A stretch of DNA of 64,000 nucleotides from Bacteroidia bacterium (GCA_038317095.1 JBBQBB010000009.1:4956-68955), one strand, 5' to 3'. Positions 46,668 to 59,062 are shown, counted from the first letter of the stretch. Translations and numbers: made by a program. Notes: generated by a model not told the origin, from the letters alone.

Positions 46668-48506
46668 TTATTTTTTCTTTTTTGCTTTATCCAGCCTCAA
46701 AGCAGCGTAGCGAGAAAGATTTAAAAGGTTTTTGAAATTTTCAGGAAATGGTTCGGTAGGAATTGCTTTTCCACCATTGTCAAAAGCATATTTTTCATTT
46801 GAATTTCCCAAAATAAAATATTTTCCTTGTTCAAGATATCCTGCATAATTGTCTGACGTAAAGTATACAAAATTGCGGTTTGTTTTAAACAAATTGTTGG
46901 AAAGCGGATGCTCTAAATAGGGTAACCCCAAATAAGCGGCTAGGGTGGGGGAAATGTCTGGCTGGGCGCCTAAACCATGTATCCTTTTCGCTTTGGATTC
47001 TGCGCCTGGTTTGTATATAAGCAATGGAATGTGGTGGAAAGAAATAGGCAAGGGAAAATCTTCTTTCCCAGACATATGCCCGTGGTCGGCCACCAATATA
47101 AAAACCGTATTTTTATACCAAGATTTGGTTTTGGCCACTTCAAAAAACTTTTGCAAACTCCAATCGGCATAGCCAATTAACTGGTCTTTAAGTTCTCCTT
47201 TAAATATTGGAATATTCTGTCCCGTAGGAACAAGAAACGGTTGGTGGTCGCTAATGGTTAAAATGGCATTAAAAATGGGCTTCTTTTTTTTAACCAACTC
47301 ATCCATATTGCGGATGGCAAAAGCCAAAATATTATGATCAGCCGTTCCCCATTTGGAGCCGCCTTCTAGGTCTTTTGGCACATTCACTTTGTCCACCACA
47401 GAATCGAATGAATGACGCCATAAAAAATTTCCCATATTGTCAAAATACCTTGTATGTGGTATATGGAAAATATTGAAATAACCTTGGTTTTTAAACATAC
47501 CCGGAATGCCTTTGTTTTCTGAATATTCCATCCATCTCAGCATGTGTTTTTGGGGAATAGATGCTTCGCCATAAAACGAGGAGAAAATACCATTGTAAGT
47601 ATGTTCTCCGCTGCTGTAAAATGAATCAAAATAAATAGATTTTTTAATGAGTGAATTTAAAAATGGAGTTCGGTTTAATTTAAAAGATGCCATACTTTCC
47701 ATGAGAATAAATACCACATTGGGTTTTGTTTTACTGCTGGTAGAGATTGTTGAGGTTGTATCGAGGTATTGGGTGGCCATTTCCATTACCTCTGTTTCGG
47801 TTTCTGAATTATATGCCCCTAAAGATTCAGTGTTTTCCGTCAAAGAATTATACAAATTATATACAGGATTCATGGCCAATTGATTGAAAAAATAATGCTC
47901 ACTTACGTTGGCATCTTTCATGTTCAGAGGGGTCGCCCTAATTCCCCCCCTTATTCCAAAAAAAACGAGAAGCATCAGTGCACTGTGAATGGCAATGCCC
48001 CAATGGTTTGCGGAGGGTTTGTTTTTTCTATTTTTCAATAAATAAATATGAAGAAACAAAAGAACAACAATGGCAATGAATAAATATAGAATACCCAGTC
48101 TGTATATTTTTTCATGCCACAGCATGCCAAACATTTCGTTAGGTGTTTCTATCCAATTCAGAATAGATGCATTAATATGGGTGGCAAACTGCTGGTAAAA
48201 GTAGATGTCGGCAATGCAAATAAATGCAATAAAGGCAAGGCCAAAACGCAAGTAAAATAATTTGAAATTTACGCAGATCTTGGGAACTATTGTTTTTTTT
48301 ATGGCATAAAACAATTCCAAAAAAATAACAGGGAGAAGCCAACAACAGACTACTGACAAATCAAAACGAAAACCTACCATCATAGATTGCAATGGGGGAT
48401 TGTCAACCAATTCAAAATTGTTTAATCTAAAAAATGCATAACGACAGGCGGTCATGCACAATAGTGCCAATATTGCTGAAATAGAAATAGAAAGTGCACC
48501 CCGCAT
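46668..48506 (-). CDS. LTA synthase-family (sulfatase fold) membrane protein
   Basis: N-terminal TMs with GFRFDLS and GIRGG; NVVFILMES, catalytic Thr in EHTYNG, SDHQPF, VADHG; promoter at 48513-48520. Confidence 0.9.
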   Translation of the reverse strand: MRGALSISISAILALLCMTACRYAFFRLNNFELVDNPPLQSMMVGFRFDLSVVCCWLLPVIFLELFYAIKKTIVPKICVNFKLFYLRFGLAFIAFICIADIYFYQQFATHINASILNWIETPNEMFGMLWHEKIYRLGILYLFIAIVVLLFLHIYLLKNRKNKPSANHWGIAIHSALMLLVFFGIRGGIRATPLNMKDANVSEHYFFNQLAMNPVYNLYNSLTENTESLGAYNSETETEVMEMATQYLDTTSTISTSSKTKPNVVFILMESMASFKLNRTPFLNSLIKKSIYFDSFYSSGEHTYNGIFSSFYGEASIPQKHMLRWMEYSENKGIPGMFKNQGYFNIFHIPHTRYFDNMGNFLWRHSFDSVVDKVNVPKDLEGGSKWGTADHNILAFAIRNMDELVKKKKPIFNAILTISDHQPFLVPTGQNIPIFKGELKDQLIGYADWSLQKFFEVAKTKSWYKNTVFILVADHGHMSGKEDFPLPISFHHIPLLIYKPGAESKAKRIHGLGAQPDISPTLAAYLGLPYLEHPLSNNLFKTNRNFVYFTSDNYAGYLEQGKYFILGNSNEKYAFDNGGKAIPTEPFPENFKNLLNLSRYAALRLDKAKKKK

Positions 48507-48571
48507 GGTGCGCAAAATTACGAAAATGTTAAGCTAACAATTCTTAAAGAAAACAATTTGGTAATAAAATC

Positions 48572-49789
48572 TTATTCTTCTCTAAATCCAATCTCGGAAT
48601 AGCATGAATAAAGCAAATAGGGTTTCCGTTTTATTTCAAATGCAGCCAAACCCGGTATCCAGCTTTTACGGATTTGTGCAGCCGACATGCCACTGAGAAG
48701 TTGTTGCTTTAATGCTGCAGTGCCAGCTAAGTTGTCGAAAAACGGGTTAAAAAATTTACTTTTATCTGGGCATTCTTGCACCAACAATTCCAACCATTCT
48801 ATATAAATGCTCCGAATGTCCACCAGGTAATTTTTGGCAAAATCGGTAACCAAAAAACCTTTGCAAGTATCATTTAAATAAGGAGGATTGATGGTTCTAC
48901 CTGGAATATTATGGGGTACAAATTTATATTGACCGACTTTTAGCCAGGGTGCACCAAAGCACTCGAAAGGATAATCGGTGCCTCTGCCCATGCTCATTAT
49001 GGTGCCTTCGAACAAACCCATGGAAGGGTAAAGAATAATTGATTCAGCCGTTTGAAGATTTGGCGATGGCGGTATTGGAAGAATATACCTGCGGTTGTGG
49101 TCCCAAAATTCATTTTGAATGACCGTCAATTGACATTTTATTTTGCCTTTAAGCCAACCTTCACCGTTGATCATTCCGGCAAGCTCACCCAATGTCATAC
49201 CATGCACCAATGGAATAGGGTGCATTCCCACCATGCTTTTTTTGGCACTGTCCAAAATGGGCCCGTCTGTATAATGTCCGTTAGGATTGGGTCTGTCAAG
49301 CAATATTAATTGAATGTTGTTTTCTGCACAGGCTTCCATCACATAATGCAGTGTGGTTAAATAGGTATAATAACGGACGCCAACATCCTGAATGTCGAAA
49401 AGCACGATGTCAACCCCGTTTAAGTGTTCCGAAGTGGGTTTTATATTTTGCCCATACAAAGAGATTAAGGGTATTCCTGTAACCACATCTTTGCCATCTT
49501 TTACTTCTTCTCCATTGGCAGCATCACCCCTGAAACCGTGTTCGGGTGCAAAAATGGTTTTAATATTTATGCCACGTTTCAGCAGAGAATCTACCAAATG
49601 CGTTTTGCCGATTTTACTGGTTTGGTTTGCAACAATGGCTATGGTTTTACCCTTAAGTTTTGGAATATAAACTTCCGTTTGATAAGCCCCTGGTTTGGCT
49701 AAATCCGCAGCATTCAGTTTTTCTGCCGAAAACTGAAAAAATATATAGACCAAATAAAGTCCAATCGTAGTAATTTTGACCCTCCCCAT
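48572..49789 (-). CDS. DUF1343 / NamZ-family exo-beta-N-acetylmuramidase
   Basis: VANQTS, FAPEHGFRG, FDIQDVGVRYYTY, LDRPNP, HGMTLGELA, PSPNL, GRGT. Confidence 0.93.
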   Translation of the reverse strand: MGRVKITTIGLYLVYIFFQFSAEKLNAADLAKPGAYQTEVYIPKLKGKTIAIVANQTSKIGKTHLVDSLLKRGINIKTIFAPEHGFRGDAANGEEVKDGKDVVTGIPLISLYGQNIKPTSEHLNGVDIVLFDIQDVGVRYYTYLTTLHYVMEACAENNIQLILLDRPNPNGHYTDGPILDSAKKSMVGMHPIPLVHGMTLGELAGMINGEGWLKGKIKCQLTVIQNEFWDHNRRYILPIPPSPNLQTAESIILYPSMGLFEGTIMSMGRGTDYPFECFGAPWLKVGQYKFVPHNIPGRTINPPYLNDTCKGFLVTDFAKNYLVDIRSIYIEWLELLVQECPDKSKFFNPFFDNLAGTAALKQQLLSGMSAAQIRKSWIPGLAAFEIKRKPYLLYSCYSEIGFREE

Positions 49790-51020
49790 GAATTGGCCGT
49801 TTAAAATTGCCCGGCACTTAGCTACAAAAGAACAAAAATCGTTCTCAAAAACAATCATTCGGTTGGCAATAGTCGCGGTTGCTTTGGGCAGTTCTGTCAT
49901 GTTTATAGCATTGGCAACGGTTTCAGGCTTTCAAAATGGCATAAAAGAAAAAGTAATTGGCATTCAAGGACACATAATTGTGGATAATTTGCTCAATACA
50001 GAGGGTTCGGTACCCACCCCTTTGGCCCATAAATTTGAAAAACTGTCCAATTCTATCTTTCAAACCTCAGGTATTCTAAATGTTTCCGCTTGTTTGATTC
50101 GGCCTTGCATTGTCCGGTCGGAGGGTGAAATTGATGGAATGCTTGCAAAAGGTGTCGATCGCAATTATAATTTTGATTTTTTTAAAAGGAATTTGGTCAG
50201 TGGCAAAATTCCCGATTTTGATAAGGATACCAATCAGGCAATTATCTCTGAGGCTACTTCCAAAAGGTTGAATTTGAAAGTAGGTGATAAATTACAGGCC
50301 ATATTTTTTAAAGAAGAAATAGAAGGTCCTCAAATGGCGAGGGCAATAGTACCTGTTATTTGCGGAATTTTTGCAACAGGACTTGAAGAGTATGATAAGT
50401 CTTTGGTAATAACCTACCGCGGTTTGTTGCGCAAAATGCTGCCCAAAAATGAGTCTTTCACCCAATGGGAAATTGTATTGAAAGATTACAACCAAGCAGA
50501 AGCAATAAAAACAAGCATAGAACAAAAACTACCGGCTGGTGTATTTTCTGTTAACACCGTGCAGCGATACAACCGCCAAATCTTTGATTGGCTGGGCTTG
50601 CTAGATACCAATGTGATTATCATTTTGGCATTGATGACATTAATTACCAGCATAACCATGTGCACTACTTTGCTTATTTTGATTACCGAAAGAACCCAAA
50701 TGGTGGGTGTGTTAAAAGCCCTTGGTGCCGCAAACCAATCCATCCGTAGTATATTTATTTACCAGGCTATTTTTATTGCAGCCACAGGCCTTGCCCTGGG
50801 TAATATTTTGGGTTTGGGTGTTTGTTTCCTGCAGCAGAAGTATGCATTTATAAGACTGCCGGTAGAAACCTATTACGTAAACCACGTATTGATAGACATA
50901 GAAGCATGGCATGTTTTGGCAGTAAATTTAGGAACCTTGGCCATCTGTTTTGTGGTTTTATTCTTGCCCGCCATGATTATTTCTAAGCTAACAGCAGTAA
51001 AAACCATGCGGTTTCAGTGA
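49788..51020 (+). CDS. LolC/E-FtsX-family ABC permease
   Basis: SGFQNGIKEK, ERTQMVGVLKALGA, ETYY; TAATTTTG promoter at 49771-49778. Confidence 0.9.
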   Translation: MNWPFKIARHLATKEQKSFSKTIIRLAIVAVALGSSVMFIALATVSGFQNGIKEKVIGIQGHIIVDNLLNTEGSVPTPLAHKFEKLSNSIFQTSGILNVSACLIRPCIVRSEGEIDGMLAKGVDRNYNFDFFKRNLVSGKIPDFDKDTNQAIISEATSKRLNLKVGDKLQAIFFKEEIEGPQMARAIVPVICGIFATGLEEYDKSLVITYRGLLRKMLPKNESFTQWEIVLKDYNQAEAIKTSIEQKLPAGVFSVNTVQRYNRQIFDWLGLLDTNVIIILALMTLITSITMCTTLLILITERTQMVGVLKALGAANQSIRSIFIYQAIFIAATGLALGNILGLGVCFLQQKYAFIRLPVETYYVNHVLIDIEAWHVLAVNLGTLAICFVVLFLPAMIISKLTAVKTMRFQ

Positions 51021-51091
51021 GAAGGAAGATTTAAGTTTTATCTATCTTCAGAAATAAAGTTTTCCTATTCAATTCCAGTCATTTTGCTTCA

Positions 51092-51414
51092 TCACGCCAC
51101 ATAAGCTTCGTGTAGCACCATTTTTACATTTTTAATTTCTTTTTCCGACAGCAGTCCTAAAATTTTAACAATTCTTTTTTATCTATCGTTTTAATTTGGT
51201 CAATTACCGCCCAACCTTTTGTATGGTTGTGTTTAACTGCCACCCTCGTTGGGTATTTTTTGGATTGGGTGGTCATAGCAGCAATTACAACTGTTTGCAA
51301 ATAGACGTTCATCTCATTTGGGGAAATAACAATGTAAGGTCTTGTTTTTTTTATCTCACTCCCCATCGTTGGATCCAAATTCACAAGTACAATTTGGTAG
51401 TGTTTTAATCCCAT
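51092..51414 (-). pseudogene. PemK/MazF-family toxin, frameshifted
   Basis: LVNLDPTMGSEIKKTRP..DQIKTIDK. The natural-looking C-terminus RIVKILGLLSEKEIKNVKMVLHEAYVA* continues in the -1 frame after the A6 run at 51175-51180. Confidence 0.85.
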
Positions 51415-51425
51415 TTTTCAAAACT

Positions 51426-51650
51426 TTAGTCCTCGAAAACATCATTTATTAGCAACTCAATGTCATTCTCTTTTTGCGCAGCTTTAAATGATTTTTCCCA
51501 ACCCAATCTTACATTGGTGTTGGGTTTTAAAATAATACAATCCTCTTCCAATATAATTTCAATGCTGTCATGAATACCATATTTGTCAAGAATCACCTTG
51601 GGCAACCTAATTCCTTTGGAGTTTGCTATGGAAATTATGGCTAGGTTCAT
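51426..51650 (-). CDS. AbrB/MazE-family antitoxin, probable premature stop
   Basis: IANSKGIRLPK..IILKP..RLGWEKSF. After the TAA the frame reads SFEKWD*, overlapping the toxin ATG. Confidence 0.85.
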   Translation of the reverse strand: MNLAIISIANSKGIRLPKVILDKYGIHDSIEIILEEDCIILKPNTNVRLGWEKSFKAAQKENDIELLINDVFED

Positions 51651-51700
51651 TTTTTATATGTAAATACAAATAAGTACATAGAAGTGGATAAAGCAAACAA

Positions 51701-51728
51701 AAAAAGGAGACCTTTCGATCTCCTTTTC
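51701..51728 (-). terminator. Terminator after gyrB
   Basis: AAAAGGAGA-cctttcga-TCTCCTTTT, with a T tract on the minus strand. Confidence 0.7.
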
Positions 51729-51746
51729 CTTTAAGTTTAATTTTAG

Positions 51747-53768
<2,022 letters not shown>

Positions 53769-53861
53769 TTATTGGCTATTTATCCACATTTGGAATTAGA
53801 AAGAAATGACACAAACTTGAGTTTGGCGCGGGATAATATTTGAAATTACCTCACCGTATTT

Positions 53862-55265
53862 TCACGGCTGAATTAAAGTCCACAAAACACCCGAATTTTC
53901 TATGAAATTGACATTGCTTTCTATGTATTTGCGTTTAAATTGGATGTTTTTTAAACGGGCTTCATTCAACCTCAATTCTCGGGTGTTTACCAAAAACATA
54001 TTGCTTTCTCCAGTTTCCATTCTAATCAGTTCAGACTTGTACAACAAGTCGTAGCCATTAACTACTTGGATATAGTTGTTTTTTATTTCTAAATAGCGCA
54101 GCCGCTGTTGCCACAAGGAAATCGTCTTGTTTTGAATCTCTCGCTGCTTTTGTATAAACTTCAATTCATAACTTTCGGTTTTCAATTTAGCCATTTGAAA
54201 ATCTCCGCGTTCTTTTCGCAGAATAAGACTAGTACCGAATTTAATTCCAAATTGATAATCGTTCAATGAATAATCTGGATTTTGATAAAAAGCCCCACTG
54301 CCAAGCGCACGGTATTTTATATTCAATTCTGGCAACAAAGCTTGCTTTTTTAACCGCTGGTCTAATTTTGCCATTTCAATATCAACCCTGCTATTTATTA
54401 AGTTTGGATTTAATTCTAAATGCAGTGTATCTCCCAACGACAAAGCCAAACTATCGAGCAATGTAAACCCAATTTCCTCGGGAATTGCACTCTCTGTGGG
54501 TTCTAAGGGCTGCCCACTATCAGTCCACAAATGCACACTTAGACCCATCCTTGCCTTTATTCTTTTTGCACTCGACTCTGACAAGGCAATTTCAAAATTT
54601 TGTTGTTGTACCCATGTTTCTAAAGTATCTATAAATGCTTTGCTGCCAGCCAAAACTTCATTTCGAATGGCTTGCAACCTCACATTTGCCAATGTTTTGG
54701 ATTCTTGATACATTTCGTATTCTTTTTGGGCAACATACCAGTCTGCATAGGCATTTATTACCTCTCGGCAGAGTTCATTTAGCTGTAAGTTTTTTAAGGC
54801 TTGGTTTTGGCCTATCATTAATTTGGCTTTGCGCAATGTATTTCTTCGCTGGTCCGTTATCAGATTTCGCAATATGGGCAAAGTTAGGCCAATAGAGGAT
54901 AAACCACCGGCTGGGGTAGTTTCATCTGGATTTAAATAGACACCAGAAGCTGTGTTCGTGCCTACCCATAAGTCGGCTCCTGGCCAGGTGGGAATAACAA
55001 GGTTTAAATTTCCAAGGTCGTAATAATTTTTACCGCCATAAAATTTATTTGCGGTTTCATAATTTATTTTAGGGTCAAATGCACCTCTAGAACTAAGCAA
55101 ATTTGCTTGTGCCTGATCCACCAAAATGCCGGCTTGCTTGGCAATGGGATGGTTTTTTCTAACCAGAAGCAATACTTCCTGAAGGGTGAGTGTTTGTGAA
55201 AAAATAGATGAAAAAGTGACAAAAAAAACAAACGAAATAGATAAGAATTTAAATCTTTTTTTCAT
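53862..55265 (-). CDS. TolC-family outer-membrane efflux protein
   Basis: Signal peptide from MKKRF; NHPIAKQA, RGAFDPK, GESNMFLVNTRE. Confidence 0.88.
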   Translation of the reverse strand: MKKRFKFLSISFVFFVTFSSIFSQTLTLQEVLLLVRKNHPIAKQAGILVDQAQANLLSSRGAFDPKINYETANKFYGGKNYYDLGNLNLVIPTWPGADLWVGTNTASGVYLNPDETTPAGGLSSIGLTLPILRNLITDQRRNTLRKAKLMIGQNQALKNLQLNELCREVINAYADWYVAQKEYEMYQESKTLANVRLQAIRNEVLAGSKAFIDTLETWVQQQNFEIALSESSAKRIKARMGLSVHLWTDSGQPLEPTESAIPEEIGFTLLDSLALSLGDTLHLELNPNLINSRVDIEMAKLDQRLKKQALLPELNIKYRALGSGAFYQNPDYSLNDYQFGIKFGTSLILRKERGDFQMAKLKTESYELKFIQKQREIQNKTISLWQQRLRYLEIKNNYIQVVNGYDLLYKSELIRMETGESNMFLVNTRELRLNEARLKNIQFKRKYIESNVNFIENSGVLWTLIQP

Positions 55266-55267
55266 AT

Positions 55268-56587
55268 TTATTTTTTCTTTTTTTCTGGTTTTGTAACTGT
55301 ATAAAAATCTGCGGGGAATCCATTCCATTGGCGCCACATTTCATACCAAACCGGCACAGAATTGAGCAACATAAAACCGCGGGAACCTGTCCCAACCCTC
55401 AGCTGTTTTGGCCAAGTTTTGCCTTTCCATTCTGGTGCAACCAAAACTCTGTATTTCCCATTTGCCGATGGCGTATTGTCGATGGCATAAACTGTACCTG
55501 GAAAAGTACCATAGGTCAAATTAGGCCAACCCGAAAACACAACGGTAGGCCAACCATCAAAAACGAACCGCACCTTATTGCCTTTATTTACAAGGGGCAT
55601 GTCCACTGGGTCGATATACATTTCCACGGCTAGGTTTATGGCAGAAGGCATAATAGTACAAACCGCAGAACCGTCTTTTATGGTTTCACCAATTCCGCTT
55701 GCAAGAGATTTGGTAATAAAGCCGTCCTGTGGCGCCGTTATTGTATAAAATCCGTTCCGTATTTGGTAATTTGAATATGAATTTCTCAATTTACTTACTT
55801 CTGCTTCTGATTCCATTTGAGAACCAATGGTACTAAAACGGTCACCTTCGGCTTTGGCTAATTTTTCGTTGTATTCTGCATTTACATTGCGTATTTCAAA
55901 TTTGGCATTTTCCACGGCTACAGCGGCACTGTTTAATTTGTTTTTTGCCGAGATAAGTTTTGCCATTGATTCCTGCATTTTGGTGCGCCTGTTTTCTAAA
56001 TCTAAAGGTGATTTTAGGCCCTGCTTTAACAAAATACTGTCCCGGGAATACTGGCTTGCTGCTACCGTGTAATTAATTCTAGCCGCTTCCAACTCAGCTT
56101 CTTCGCTTTTAAATTTTAATTGTTCTTGCTGGTATTTATTCTCGCTTTGCTTTATTTTTATTTCTCTATTAATTTCCAACTGTTGTATCTGCATATTTAT
56201 TGCATTTACCTTAGACGAATAAGACAATACAGAGTTTTCCTTTGCTTGTACTTGTTTGTTGGTCTGTTCTAATAGCCTAGGATCCAAATACGAGTCTTTT
56301 ATTTCTGATATTTTTACTATGGTATCTCCTTTTTTTACAAAATCGCCTTCGCGCACAAACCATTTTTCTATCCTTCCCGGTATCATGGCTTGTATTTCTT
56401 GGGGTCGCTGGTTTGGCAACAAAGTTGTAACGGCACCACCACTTTGTATGTTTTGTGTCCATGGCATAAATAGCAAAACAATAACCATAATGAATATAAT
56501 GGCAAGGAGTCTTTTCATTCTCTTAGAAACCCATACGCTATCATGCATTAGCGCAAAGCTGTGAAATTTTTCTTTGTCCTGATTCAT
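55268..56587 (-). CDS. HlyD-family membrane fusion protein
   Basis: TM then PWTQN, PGRIEKWFVREGD, coiled coil, APQDG, FDGWP, YEMWRQWNGFP; ATGA overlap with the ABC gene. Confidence 0.92.
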   Translation of the reverse strand: MNQDKEKFHSFALMHDSVWVSKRMKRLLAIIFIMVIVLLFMPWTQNIQSGGAVTTLLPNQRPQEIQAMIPGRIEKWFVREGDFVKKGDTIVKISEIKDSYLDPRLLEQTNKQVQAKENSVLSYSSKVNAINMQIQQLEINREIKIKQSENKYQQEQLKFKSEEAELEAARINYTVAASQYSRDSILLKQGLKSPLDLENRRTKMQESMAKLISAKNKLNSAAVAVENAKFEIRNVNAEYNEKLAKAEGDRFSTIGSQMESEAEVSKLRNSYSNYQIRNGFYTITAPQDGFITKSLASGIGETIKDGSAVCTIMPSAINLAVEMYIDPVDMPLVNKGNKVRFVFDGWPTVVFSGWPNLTYGTFPGTVYAIDNTPSANGKYRVLVAPEWKGKTWPKQLRVGTGSRGFMLLNSVPVWYEMWRQWNGFPADFYTVTKPEKKKK

Positions 56588-58260
56588 AACCAAATCACTG
56601 ATTTAATGCTTGAATTTATATTTTTGGTATCGAAATTTCCCAAGTCTAAAAATACAGATTCTTCCATAAAATAGCATTTATCTAAACTTTCAAGTATTGG
56701 GGCATAATTACTTATGACAATTGTAGTGCAATTTAATGTATTTATATATTGCATAATATTTTCTATTTCTTGCCGGTTAAAAACCGACCAAATATCATCG
56801 ATTAAAAGCAATTTGGGCTTTCCATAAAGTGCCCTTGCTAAAACTATTTTGCGCATAATATTGGTTGGCAATCCAAGCTCTGCATCAACTTTGTGGTTAA
56901 ATCCACCCGAAATAAAAGTAGTGTATTTGTGAAGGTTTAAAATATCTGCAAGATGGGCAATTTCGTCTAAATTTATGGGCTGCCCTAGGGCTATATTTCT
57001 GGCCAATGTATCCTCAAAAACATCGTTTCCTTGAAGGCATAAACCTGTGATTTGACCCAATGACTGTAGGTCTATATTTTCTAATGGAATATTGTTAACT
57101 AAGGTATGCCAATCCGTTTGAAATTCACCAGTAAGTGTTTTTAAAATACGGGTTCTACCGCTGCCCGGTATGCCACAAATACCTATTTTATCGCCACTGT
57201 TTATTTGAAGTAGGGTTGTGCTATTCAATTTTGAAATAATGCACAATTCAGGCGATTTGTTTTGGGTAAGGTGCTTTGCATCCTTGGGCTCCTCATGCAA
57301 ATGCGCATCGGTAATGTATCCAAGTTTTTCCAATGCTATTCCTGAATCATATATATTTTCAACTGTAAGAATTACTTTTTCAACAGCAGACAACAAAGTA
57401 ACAATTAAAATTTCTGAAGCCAAAAATTGACCCAAACTGATAGCCTGGTTGACCAATAAATAGCTACCCAAAACAATAAGAGACGTGGTTAATATTACTT
57501 TAATAATTACGGCAATGTAAGATTGGCTGTATAAAATTCTAAAATGGTCTTTTCTTCCTTTTAAATACCCTTGTAAATATTCATCGGTTTTTTGTAAATG
57601 GTATGAATCATTGCTTTTTAAATTAAATATGGTTCTGTTTTGTGCAATTTCTATTAACCAATACGCGGTTTTAAATTTATAGTCGCTTTCTGCCCTAGCA
57701 CTTATAATACCGCGATTCCATGTTAATTTTAAAACAGTAAATACGGTAAGGGCAACTACAATTCCGAAAATTGAAAACAATGGGTGGTAAACAACCAATA
57801 GTGCCAATCCAAAAATGATTTGTAAAAGCGAAACTGAAAAATCCAAAATCAGTTTTGAAAAACTTTTTTGAACCGTAATTACATCAAGAAATTTTTGGGA
57901 TAATTCCACAATGCCTGCATGTTTTTTCTTTCTTATATCGGCTTTAACAATTCTTCGGCTAAATTCAAAAGCAGTATTTACAAATAACCTTTGTTGGATG
58001 GTTTCCAACAAACTCATTTGTGCCAGACGAGTAATGCCCGCAATAGAAACCCCAATTGTAATTACCACTACCAATATGTACCAGCCGGATGTTAGAGTTC
58101 CCCCTAAAACCAAACTCATAAGCGCTTGAATACCCAAGGGAAGAACTAAGCTTATTGCTCCGCTTATTATGGCATATGTATAAAGAAAATTAATGTGTTT
58201 TCTTTCTTGGCGGATCAGTTTCCAAATTCTTTGTAAGGGAGTAATTTCTAAATGTTCCAT
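56584..58260 (-). CDS. ABC exporter (TMD + degenerate NBD)
   Basis: Six-TM domain; NBD with GIPGSGRT, LARALYGKPKLLLIDD, VISNY. Confidence 0.88.
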   Translation of the reverse strand: MEHLEITPLQRIWKLIRQERKHINFLYTYAIISGAISLVLPLGIQALMSLVLGGTLTSGWYILVVVITIGVSIAGITRLAQMSLLETIQQRLFVNTAFEFSRRIVKADIRKKKHAGIVELSQKFLDVITVQKSFSKLILDFSVSLLQIIFGLALLVVYHPLFSIFGIVVALTVFTVLKLTWNRGIISARAESDYKFKTAYWLIEIAQNRTIFNLKSNDSYHLQKTDEYLQGYLKGRKDHFRILYSQSYIAVIIKVILTTSLIVLGSYLLVNQAISLGQFLASEILIVTLLSAVEKVILTVENIYDSGIALEKLGYITDAHLHEEPKDAKHLTQNKSPELCIISKLNSTTLLQINSGDKIGICGIPGSGRTRILKTLTGEFQTDWHTLVNNIPLENIDLQSLGQITGLCLQGNDVFEDTLARNIALGQPINLDEIAHLADILNLHKYTTFISGGFNHKVDAELGLPTNIMRKIVLARALYGKPKLLLIDDIWSVFNRQEIENIMQYINTLNCTTIVISNYAPILESLDKCYFMEESVFLDLGNFDTKNINSSIKSVIWL

Positions 58261-58931
58261 TATTTTAATTTATTAGGCAAAATGCTAAAGAGAAATTTTT
58301 CAATATTTTCAACACCAATTGCTGTTTTGGTTTTGTTTTTATGATGGCTTTGTATAAACAATTGTTGCAGGGCGCTGTCTGCAAGGCATATGGCCATGGA
58401 GTTTGAATAAGGGTATAGTTTATTGTATTCTTCAATGTATTCTGCGATGCGAGAGATAAGTCGCTGATAACCTATGGTTTTGCCATGGTCCATTTCGTTC
58501 TGAATATGTATGGTATAATGTGCTTTTACCCCTTCATTTATGGCAGTAAGCAATACATTATTTGCAAAAGTTCTATTCGCTAGAAATTCGAATTCCGGTT
58601 TCGCCAGCGCAGAAATTACCCGCTTAAGTTTTATTTCTGCATTCTCAATATTCTGACAGTTGAAAACAATTACATACTCCTGCCAACTCCAATAGATATT
58701 TAAAATATACAATAACAACTGCTGTTTGTTGTTGAAATATCTGTATATCGTTGCCTCTGTGCAACCCACTTCAATCGCTAGTTTTTTAAAAGTCAACTCC
58801 TCCAATCCAAAATTTCCCAAAAAATGGGCTCCCATTTCAACAATGGATTCACCTATTTCACTTCCCTTCGGATTTTTTAAATACAAACAATTTGGAAAAT
58901 GTAATTCCAAATTTTGTGTCAATTGCTTCAT
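58260..58931 (-). CDS. TetR/AcrR-family regulator
   Basis: GLEELTFKKLA..TEATIYRYFNNKQQLL helix-turn-helix; TAATG overlap with the ABC gene. Confidence 0.92.
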   Translation of the reverse strand: MKQLTQNLELHFPNCLYLKNPKGSEIGESIVEMGAHFLGNFGLEELTFKKLAIEVGCTEATIYRYFNNKQQLLLYILNIYWSWQEYVIVFNCQNIENAEIKLKRVISALAKPEFEFLANRTFANNVLLTAINEGVKAHYTIHIQNEMDHGKTIGYQRLISRIAEYIEEYNKLYPYSNSMAICLADSALQQLFIQSHHKNKTKTAIGVENIEKFLFSILPNKLK

Positions 58932-59062
58932 TATTTTATAGTAAGGCTATAATAATAGTGAGTATTCGTATAGCGTTACAAAAGTAATACATTATAAATC
59001 TAAAACGGTAACCTTTTGCATGAAATAATCCTCGAAAACGACGAAATATCTTCCTTCCTCGT

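Noticed and set aside
51172-51183. Programmed -1 frameshift in the toxin at AAAAAAG
   Set aside because: The run is read AAA-AAA-GAA rather than the slippery A-AAA-AAG phase, and I see no stimulatory structure; simple mutation is more parsimonious.
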